64,000 bases of DNA, taken from Minisyncoccia bacterium (GTDB lineage Bacteria; Patescibacteriota; Minisyncoccia; UBA6257; 2-01-FULL-56-20). Position numbers and translations under genes: made by a program. The notes beneath the pieces are model-generated. The model did not search any database and had not been told where the DNA came from. It worked only from the letters and a program-made list of their open reading frames with translations. The stretch is taken from NCBI GenBank assembly GCA_050008535.1, contig JBEKML010000001.1:455050-519049 (forward strand), written 5' to 3'. Shown piece by piece: positions 8,994 through 16,171 of the stretch; position 1 is the stretch's first letter; every line of letters starts with the position of its first letter.

Positions 8994-10306
8994 CTTTCAT
9001 AAAACAATTTTTTGTTCGCTTGCTCGGGTGGCATATGCGCCTCCTCGCGCGGCTTACGATCTGGCGCTACCGGCCGGGCATCGTGGGCGTGACGGGGAGC
9101 GTGGGGAAAACGTCCACGAAACTCGCGATCGCGGCGGTGTTGGGTGCTGTGCGCCGCGTAAGGGCCTCCTCGGGCAATATGAACAATGACCTTGGCCTGC
9201 CGCTCGCGATCTTGGGCGACTGGTCGCCGGAGGAATTGCGGCTCGTGAGCCGCGACACGCCGGCAGGCAAAAAACGCCTGCGAAAATTCTTTTTCTGGTG
9301 CAAGGTGATCACGGTCGCCAAATGGCGCATCATCGTAAAATCAAAAGAATATCCGGAGATCCTTGTTTTGGAATACGGCGCGGACCGGCCGGGCGACATT
9401 AAACGTTTATTAAGGATCGCGCGGCCGAACGTAAGCGTGATTACGGCGGTCGGGGAGTATCCGGTGCACGTGGAATTCTACGGGGGGCCGGAAGGCGTGG
9501 CGCGCGAAAAAGGACGGCTTATCGAATGCCTCACTGCGGCCGGCTCTGCCGTTCTGAACTATGACGACGAGACGGTGATGGATCTTGAGCCGCGCACGCG
9601 CGGAAGGGTTTTTACCTACGGTTTCGAGAACGGCGCAGGGGTGCGGATCGCGCGGTTCGAAAATCGCATTGAGGCCGACCGGCCTGCCGGCGTTTCTTTC
9701 AAACTTGAGTGCGCCGGAAATTCGGTCCCGGTGCGACTCGCGAATGTTTTCGGAAAAGCGCAGGCCTATGCTTCCGCCGCCGCGGCCTCGGTCGGTTTGA
9801 TTTTCGGGATGAATCTCGCTAAGATTGCGGAAGCGCTCGGGAATTATCGGTCCGCGGATTCGCGCATGCAGCTCCTGCCCGGGATAAAAGACACTCTTGT
9901 GATGGATGATTCCTATAACGCGAGCCCGCTTTCCATGCACGCGGCGCTTGATACCCTGCGCGATCTTCCCGCGAAACGGCGGGTTGCGGTCCTTGGCGAC
10001 ATGCTTGAGATCGGCAAATATGCGCCCGAAGCGCATGAGCGCGTGGGACGCCTTGCGGCGGGATCGGCGGATGTCTTGTTCACTGTCGGCCCGCGCGCGA
10101 AATTCATTGCGGAAGCCGCGGAAGAACAGGGAATGAAGCGGTCCAACGTTCATTCTTTTGATACGGCCGACGAAGCCGTGGAGCTGTTGCAGACGCTCCT
10201 CAAAAAAGGAGACCTTGTTTTGGTAAAGGGTTCTCATGCGATGGAATTGTATAAAATAGTGGAAGAAATAAAAGCAGTAATGCCGTCATCGTCTAGTCCG
10301 GTCTAG
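8990..10306 (+). CDS. murF: UDP-MurNAc-tripeptide:D-Ala-D-Ala ligase
   Basis: GVTGSVGKTSTK, DDSYNASP, LGDMLEIG, LVKGS. Confidence 0.93.
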   Translation: MTFIKQFFVRLLGWHMRLLARLTIWRYRPGIVGVTGSVGKTSTKLAIAAVLGAVRRVRASSGNMNNDLGLPLAILGDWSPEELRLVSRDTPAGKKRLRKFFFWCKVITVAKWRIIVKSKEYPEILVLEYGADRPGDIKRLLRIARPNVSVITAVGEYPVHVEFYGGPEGVAREKGRLIECLTAAGSAVLNYDDETVMDLEPRTRGRVFTYGFENGAGVRIARFENRIEADRPAGVSFKLECAGNSVPVRLANVFGKAQAYASAAAASVGLIFGMNLAKIAEALGNYRSADSRMQLLPGIKDTLVMDDSYNASPLSMHAALDTLRDLPAKRRVAVLGDMLEIGKYAPEAHERVGRLAAGSADVLFTVGPRAKFIAEAAEEQGMKRSNVHSFDTADEAVELLQTLLKKGDLVLVKGSHAMELYKIVEEIKAVMPSSSSPV

Positions 10307-10356
10307 GACGTCGCCCTCTCACGGCGAAAACTCGGGTTCGAATCCCGATGGCGGTA
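10282..10356 (+). tRNA. tRNA-Glu(CTC), overlapping the last 25 nt of murF
   Basis: GCCGTCA/TGGCGGT acceptor; TCGCC-CT-CTC-AC-GGCGA; GTTCGAATC. Confidence 0.93.
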
Positions 10357-10361
10357 CAAAA

Positions 10362-10501
10362 GAAGGTGCTGTGGTATTTTTGAAGCCCACTTCGCGCGCT
10401 CCTGCGGCGCGCTCGTTAGTCCTCGGCCGTTCGCGGCCGAGAGGAAAACGGCCGGCCAAGCCGAACGGCCTGCGGGTCTTCAAAAATACCACAGCACCTT
10501 C
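10362..10501. repeat. 140-nt multibranched palindromic element (REP/MITE-like or structured RNA)
   Basis: 24-bp perfect terminal inverted repeat 10362-10385/10478-10501 enclosing three GC-rich sub-hairpins. Confidence 0.85.
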
Positions 10502-10587
10502 CTTCGTGCTTTTCTATCAAGAGGTTCGAACGGGGGATTTGACAAATTGGCCTCAATGTAATATAATTACTCCCAGCGAGGCTCAAG

Positions 10588-11232
10588 TTGAAAACTCCAA
10601 TTTATGCCATTTTGTTTGCTCTCATCGCGACGGCTGCGGTGAGCGCCCAATCGGGCGACCAAAAAGCCACGGGTAGCGTGTGGCTTGACGTGTTCGGCGG
10701 CACACGAGGCGTTGTGGTATACCCGCAGTACGCGTGGAGCGTTCCAACATCGGCGGGGAAGTTTGGCGGCTTCGGTTTCGTGGAAAGCGCTCCCGGCGAG
10801 CTCTTCTTCACCAACCATCTCGTCAATTTCACTCCCAAGGCGGCGTCGTGGTTCACCGCACACGGCGAGATCGGCGGGATCCCGGCCAAGGGCAAGGCGT
10901 TTGTCCAGCTCGGGCCACGGATAAACCTGCACAAGGCCATTCCGAAGCTTGAGAAGGCAATGCCAAGACTTTTCATCGCATACCTCCCTGAACTCCGCGG
11001 GATCAGAACGCGCAATCTGCTCATCTCGGGCGCGACCCGCGAGTTCCCGATCGTCGGCAAGCGTGTCACCGCTTCCGTCGAGGGATACGATCGCATCTTC
11101 AGCGGTCACTCGTACGGCGAGGCATGGCTTCTGTGCCACGTTCGGAATTGGAAGCGCATCACCCCCACCGCCTTCGTCATTCGCGATACCGGCCGATATG
11201 TTGTTTCGTTCGGCGTTCGGATCAAGCCGTGA
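10588..11232 (+). CDS. Secreted hypothetical protein, beta-barrel-like
   Basis: Signal peptide (AVSA|Q), amphipathic strand pattern, own TTGACA-17-TATAAT promoter at about 10539-10567. Confidence 0.65.
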   Translation: MKTPIYAILFALIATAAVSAQSGDQKATGSVWLDVFGGTRGVVVYPQYAWSVPTSAGKFGGFGFVESAPGELFFTNHLVNFTPKAASWFTAHGEIGGIPAKGKAFVQLGPRINLHKAIPKLEKAMPRLFIAYLPELRGIRTRNLLISGATREFPIVGKRVTASVEGYDRIFSGHSYGEAWLLCHVRNWKRITPTAFVIRDTGRYVVSFGVRIKP

Positions 11233-11267
11233 ACGCAATCCCGGGACCGCGGGCAAACGGTCCACCA

Positions 11268-11300
11268 TGAGCCCACTACCTACAAGACGGAGTGGGCTCG
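11268..11300 (+). terminator. Stem-loop terminator
   Basis: GAGCCCACT...AGTGGGCTC followed by a short T tract. Confidence 0.55.
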
Positions 11301-11328
11301 AACATTTTTAACATGGTAAGATTTTAGT

Positions 11329-12105
11329 ATGAGGAAATTGGTGGTGGCGAACTGGAAGGAAAATCCGAAGAGCGAAAAGCAGGCGCTCGTTCTTTTTCGC
11401 GCGGTTGCAAAGATAAGACATCCGAAAAAGATTGAGGTGGCGGTCTGTCCGCCATTCATTTATCTGGAACGGATCGCGGAGATGCGGAAGCGTGGGAGGG
11501 GGCGCGTAATGCTCGGCGCGCAGGACGTGTTTTGGGAAGAGAAAGGCGCCTACACGAGCGAGGTGGGGCCCGCGATGCTCCGGTCGCTCGGCGTGCGGTA
11601 CGTGATCATCGGCCATTCGGAGCGGCGTCGGTGGCTCAAGGAGACCGACGCGATGATCAATAAAAAGATCAAACGTGCGCTTAGAGATGGTTTGCGTGCG
11701 ATCCTTTGCGTGGGTGAGTCGCTTTCGGTGCGAAGAAAGGGGGCCGCGGCCGCAAAAAAATTCGTTGAGGGACAGCTCGCAAAAGACCTGGCGGGGGTTT
11801 CGCGCGCAAAATTATCGCGTCTTGAGGTCGCTTATGAGCCGATCTGGGCCATCGGCACCGGCAGATACGATAGGCCGGAGGATGCCGTGGCGATGGCCGC
11901 CGTCATTAAAAATTTCTTAAAGAAAGCTTTTCGTTTCGCTCCCCGTGTGGTATATGGTGGTTCTGTGTCCAGCAAAAATATCCACAATTATGTACAATAT
12001 AAGGAAATAGATGGTGCCCTTGTCGGGGGCGCCAGCTTGCGCGCGGCGGAATTCAAAAAAATGGTCGTCGCCGTCGCGCGGACAGGAATAAAAAATAAAA
12101 AATAA
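11329..12105 (+). CDS. tpiA: Triosephosphate isomerase
   Basis: VANWK, IIGHSERR, AYEPIWAIGTG, YGGSV, LVGGASL. Confidence 0.97.
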   Translation: MRKLVVANWKENPKSEKQALVLFRAVAKIRHPKKIEVAVCPPFIYLERIAEMRKRGRGRVMLGAQDVFWEEKGAYTSEVGPAMLRSLGVRYVIIGHSERRRWLKETDAMINKKIKRALRDGLRAILCVGESLSVRRKGAAAAKKFVEGQLAKDLAGVSRAKLSRLEVAYEPIWAIGTGRYDRPEDAVAMAAVIKNFLKKAFRFAPRVVYGGSVSSKNIHNYVQYKEIDGALVGGASLRAAEFKKMVVAVARTGIKNKK

Positions 12106-12112
12106 AATTATT

Positions 12113-12868
12113 ATGGATGGTGCAAAAAAATGGTTTTGGATAGTGCTTGATGTGTTTGTTGTGGTTTTGATCGTCAATGTGGTGTTCTTTGTGATGCCGA
12201 TGCTTCAAAGGGTGGGGGATGGGTTCTATCCTTCGCGGACCATTACGGTCTCTGCCGAAGGAAAAACGACGGCGAGTCCCGATCTTGCGGAAATTTCCTT
12301 CTCGGTTGTCACGCAGGGGCAGAATCCCAGCACGCTGTCGGACAATAATAACCAGAAGATGAGCGCGGTCCTGCAATTCGTGAAATCGCAGGGCATCGCG
12401 GATGCAGACATAAAGACCACCGGTTACGATCTTTCGCCGAATTACCAGTGGGATAAAAACACCCAGCGCAACTACATCACCGGCTACACACTGACGCAAA
12501 CCGTGCAGGTGAAGGTGCGCGACTTGAGCAAGGTGGCGTCGGTGATCGGCGGCCTCGCGCCCCTGGGGGTGAATCAGATCGGGGGCGTCACCTTTACCTT
12601 TGCTGATGACGAGAAGGTGCTCATGGTTGCGCGGGCAGATGCGTTTGCGAAGGTGATTACGAAGGCAAAGGAGATGGCATTGGGAGCGGGGACCTCTCTG
12701 GGGAAAATAGTGAACGTGGCGGAGAACAATTATATCCCGGTACCGCGGGCGATGTATTCGGTAGCGAACGAGACGATGGGTATGGGTGGCCCGGCTACGG
12801 CTCCGACGATTCAGGCGGGAACGCAGGAGATTACGGATACCGTAAGCGTCACCTACGAACTTAACTAA
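12113..12868 (+). CDS. SIMPL/DUF541 domain protein
   Basis: N-terminal TM; TITVSAEG..TASPDLA, DIKTTGY, PTIQAGTQEI..VSVTYEL. Confidence 0.88.
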   Translation: MDGAKKWFWIVLDVFVVVLIVNVVFFVMPMLQRVGDGFYPSRTITVSAEGKTTASPDLAEISFSVVTQGQNPSTLSDNNNQKMSAVLQFVKSQGIADADIKTTGYDLSPNYQWDKNTQRNYITGYTLTQTVQVKVRDLSKVASVIGGLAPLGVNQIGGVTFTFADDEKVLMVARADAFAKVITKAKEMALGAGTSLGKIVNVAENNYIPVPRAMYSVANETMGMGGPATAPTIQAGTQEITDTVSVTYELN

Positions 12869-12876
12869 TCTCTTCA

Positions 12877-13500
12877 ATGAAACGAAGCGATTGGTGGGCG
12901 ATCGCCATTATTGGAGCGGCGGTGGGGCTTCTCTCTCAGCCGATTTTGGCGAACGTGGCGGGCTCGTTCCATGTTGATCTCACGCTTGCAGTGCGCGTGG
13001 CGATATTCGTCGGTTTTACGATCCTCGCGCCGCTTGCGCTCTTTGTGCTTTACCTCCTGGGAAAGTTGGTGCCAGTACTCTATCAATTCGGGAAATTCGC
13101 GGCGGTGGGGGTGCTCAATACGTTCGTTGACATCGGCGTCCTGAATCTTGAAATCTTGGCGTTGGGGACGCCTGCGGCGTGGCCCTACCGGATCATGAAA
13201 ACGATCTCGTTCCTTGCGGCGACCACGAACAGTTTCCTCTGGAATAAGTTCTGGACGTTCGGTTCGCGCGAGCCGGCCAGTTCTTCGGAGACCATAAAGT
13301 TCTATCTGGTGGCAGTAGGGGGATTCCTCCTGAATGTGGGGGTGGCATCCTACGTTTTCAGCGGCATCGCCGCGCCGGCCTCGATTTCCCCGAACCTTTG
13401 GGCGAACATCGGCGCGCTCGCCGGCGTGGCGGCGGCATTTCTCTGGGATTTCCTGGGTTACAAGTATATTGTGTTCAAAAAGCCCGCAGAGCGGGTATAG
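12877..13500 (+). CDS. GtrA-family membrane protein
   Basis: QFGKFAAVGVLNTFVD, NSFLWNKFWTF, GYKYIVFK. Confidence 0.88.
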   Translation: MKRSDWWAIAIIGAAVGLLSQPILANVAGSFHVDLTLAVRVAIFVGFTILAPLALFVLYLLGKLVPVLYQFGKFAAVGVLNTFVDIGVLNLEILALGTPAAWPYRIMKTISFLAATTNSFLWNKFWTFGSREPASSSETIKFYLVAVGGFLLNVGVASYVFSGIAAPASISPNLWANIGALAGVAAAFLWDFLGYKYIVFKKPAERV

Positions 13501-13554
13501 GGCTGGGCTGGGCAAAGCTGGGCCGGGCTGGGCCGGGCCAGCCCGGGCCGAGAC
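13500..13554 (+). repeat. Degenerate (GGGCY)n pentamer tandem repeat
   Basis: GGGCT GGGCT GGGCA AAGCT GGGCC GGGCT GGGCC GGGCC AGCCC GGGCC GAGAC. Confidence 0.8.
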
Positions 13555-13589
13555 TTGCACCTTTTTGGGATATCTGCTATAATGCCAGT

Positions 13590-13685
13590 GAATGGGTGCG
13601 AGTTTTCCTTAACGACGACGTCGACTGAGGAAAATCCCACACAGTTCTTTTTGGCCAAGAGCCCCTGCAAAGGGGCTTTTGGTTT
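13590..13685 (+). ncRNA. Candidate small RNA with its own promoter and terminator
   Basis: TTGCAC-17-TATAAT at 13555-13583; long imperfect hairpin; terminator CCAAGAGCCCCT-GCAA-AGGGGCTTTTGG. Confidence 0.45.
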
Positions 13686-13887
13686 AATTGAATTTTAATG
13701 CCGATATTCTATACTGATTGCGGAGCCGGCTGGAGAGCACTCATTCAACCACAAAAAGAATTGGAGGTCACCACAGCCGCTCCACTCAGTCCTTTCGTGA
13801 AGCCCCCGTGGGTGTTCCGGTTTGGTGCAGGGGAGAGGCCTGAGTGGAGCGGCGTTTCTTGTGTTCAGTTGCCGGCCCAGAATAACC

Positions 13888-14859
13888 ATGCCAACATTTC
13901 AGGGAAACGTACCGCTTGCGCGTTACAGCAACTACAAGATCGGCGGCCCGGCGCGGTTTTTTTTCGCGCCGAAAAACGAAAAAGAAGTGCGATGGGCCGT
14001 TCAAGAGGCGAAGAAAAAAAAGCTGCCCGTTTTTATTTTGGGCGGCGGGACCAATCTCTTGATCGACGACCGCGGTTTTGACGGGCTCGTCGTGCGGCCG
14101 AACCTTCTTACCCTTAAGGCGCAGGGGACAGAACTCACGGTGGGCGCGGGCGTTTTGATGCGGGACCTCCTCGCCTTTTGCGTGAAAAAATCCCTTTCGG
14201 GCCTGGAGTGGGCGGGTGGGCTCCCGGGAACCGTTGGCGGCGCCATCCGCGGGAACGCCGGCTGTTTCGGCGGCGAGATGAAAGACGCAATAGCGTCGGT
14301 GCGCAGTTTCGACACAAAGACGATGAAGATCATCGAGCGGCCGGCACGACGATGCGCCTTCGGCTATCGCATGAGCATTTTCAAGAAAAAACAGGGGCAG
14401 GAGATCATCCTTTCGGCCACGTTCCGCATGAAAAAAGGGGATAAAAAAAAGATCGCCGCCGCGATCCAGGAAAAGATAATGCATCGCAAAAAGAGCCACC
14501 CGTTGGATTACCCCAATATCGGGAGCATTTTCAAGAACATCCCGCTGCACGCGATCCATAAAAAGGGGAGCGCGCATTACAAAAAAGCCGTGCAGGAAGG
14601 GACGCTCACATTCCGCGGTTCAAAGTTTTCCGTGAAGACCGACCCGTTTCCTGTGATTTCGGCCGCAAAGTTGATCTCCGAAGCCGGCCTTCGTGGCGTA
14701 AGCGTCGGCGGCGCCATGATCTCTGTGAAGCACACGAATTTCATCGTGAACGTTTTGGGCGCGGGGTCCCCGGAGGTGAAGGAGCTTATCCAGCTCGCGA
14801 AGGCCGCCGTGAAACAGAAGTTCGGGTTATTATTAGAAGAGGAGATACAAATCGTTTAA
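13888..14859 (+). CDS. murB: UDP-N-acetylenolpyruvoylglucosamine reductase
   Basis: YKIGGPA, LGGGTNLL, GLPGTVGGAIRGNAG, GSIFKN, KHTNFIVN; start ATG 13888. Confidence 0.95.
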   Translation: MPTFQGNVPLARYSNYKIGGPARFFFAPKNEKEVRWAVQEAKKKKLPVFILGGGTNLLIDDRGFDGLVVRPNLLTLKAQGTELTVGAGVLMRDLLAFCVKKSLSGLEWAGGLPGTVGGAIRGNAGCFGGEMKDAIASVRSFDTKTMKIIERPARRCAFGYRMSIFKKKQGQEIILSATFRMKKGDKKKIAAAIQEKIMHRKKSHPLDYPNIGSIFKNIPLHAIHKKGSAHYKKAVQEGTLTFRGSKFSVKTDPFPVISAAKLISEAGLRGVSVGGAMISVKHTNFIVNVLGAGSPEVKELIQLAKAAVKQKFGLLLEEEIQIV

Positions 14860-14869
14860 CGATGCATCT

Positions 14870-15208
14870 ATGAAAATCAATATTAAAGCGAATCTTGATC
14901 TGACGGCGTCCCTAGGCACTTATATAGACCAGAAGCTTGCCCCGCTTGCGAAGCTCGTGAAGAAATTCGACGAGACCGGCGAGGCGGAGCTTTGGCTTGA
15001 GCTCTCGCGCACGACGCGGCATCACAAAAAAGGAGGAGAGGTTTTTCTCGCGGTTGCGGATCTCCGCTTACCGCGCAAGATCCTCCGTGCGGAGGAATAT
15101 GCCGAGGATGTCCGCAAAGCCATTGACCGCACGAAAGACACCCTGCGGCTGGAAATTGAAAAGTATAAAACGAGGTTTATGGAGCCGAAGCGGGGTCGAA
15201 AAGGTTAA
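14870..15208 (+). CDS. hpf: Ribosome hibernation promoting factor (short HPF/RaiA)
   Basis: MKINIKA.LDLT, HHKKG, LRAEE..EDVRKAID; close to secA as is common. Confidence 0.88.
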   Translation: MKINIKANLDLTASLGTYIDQKLAPLAKLVKKFDETGEAELWLELSRTTRHHKKGGEVFLAVADLRLPRKILRAEEYAEDVRKAIDRTKDTLRLEIEKYKTRFMEPKRGRKG

Positions 15209-15212
15209 ATTA

Positions 15213-15335
15213 TAAAAAAAGGAGGGGGGTCGTGCCGTTGCGAGCGCGTCCCCCCAGGATCCTTGTCAGCTCCATAAAGCTTCTCCCGGGGTACCACAGG
15301 GCCAGGGGAAACTACAGCTGACGATGACGGACTAA
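15213..15335 (-). ncRNA. Candidate structured small RNA
   Basis: Minus-strand TTGACT-16-TACACT promoter (about 15341-15368), GTCAGCT...AGCTGAC long hairpin, GC-rich stem and T7 terminator; no ORF. Confidence 0.45.
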
Positions 15336-15488
15336 GTTCAGTGTACCAGGGCCACCTCAAAAGTCAAGAAGTTGACGTGGTTCACTGAATTTGTTGTTGT
15401 AAGTGGTAAAAAGTGGCTGGCGGCCAAGAAGCGCAACCTCCCCAACCGCCAGCCCAACTACGTTACAAGGTTGGATTCACCGATCCCG

Positions 15489-16028
15489 CTAGTGGGACCA
15501 AGCGATCTGCCCCCGGTAACCAGTTGCAGCCCGCAGTTGGCCATCGATTCCTGCGTTGAACCGGAGATTGCCGATCCCCGCCATGGTGTTGTTTGTGCCC
15601 TTGAGCACATTCAACCCAATAGCGAGAAACCGCCAATGCCCCCCGCGTCGGTATAGATTCCGACTGAGCATACCCAAGCCGGCATTCAGAGCGACGTTCG
15701 CCGCAACAACGGCGCCCGCGTTCCTTTTGCCAACAATGGATCCTGCCCAACCGTTCTCTACGCCGGAGAAGCGCCCCAAGACGGTGTTACCCGCCCCAAG
15801 CGCCACCGTGGGATGATTCAACACCTTGAGGGTGCTGATCATATCCAATGCCGTCCCAAAACCGAGATACCACTCAGAAGTCCTAAAGAGGATATCCAGT
15901 TTCCTGGATCCCTCCCTTGGCTCCTGTAGGGTCCTCGTTTGGAATTGCTGGATTTGAGCACGAGCGGGTGATGTCGCCATCACCAGTAAAACTCCCAATC
16001 CAGCACAGGTCTTGATGTGTGGTACCAC
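15489..16028 (-). CDS. Secreted or membrane hypothetical protein
   Basis: AAGGAGG SD 9 nt before GTG 16028; signal peptide ending ARA|Q. Confidence 0.65.
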   Translation of the reverse strand: MVPHIKTCAGLGVLLVMATSPARAQIQQFQTRTLQEPREGSRKLDILFRTSEWYLGFGTALDMISTLKVLNHPTVALGAGNTVLGRFSGVENGWAGSIVGKRNAGAVVAANVALNAGLGMLSRNLYRRGGHWRFLAIGLNVLKGTNNTMAGIGNLRFNAGIDGQLRAATGYRGQIAWSH

Positions 16029-16171
16029 AGTACAACACCTCCTTATGGTGAGGTTTACAGCTGGAAGTAATTGTACCATAGAATAATTATTTTGTCCAAT
16101 TTTTGCGCAGGGCGTGCGGGACGCCACAGAACATGGAAATTTCTTCTCGAAACGCCTATAATCCTTAAGCT

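Noticed and set aside
11243-11263. GGGCAAAC resembling a c-di-GMP-I riboswitch
   Set aside because: The downstream GAAA-loop stem and GCAAAG elements are missing
11268-11300. Hairpin with loop ACCTACAAGACGG as a fifth family member
   Set aside because: Stem is only 9 bp, lacks the TTTG/CAAA pair and the loop match is weak; treated as a terminator
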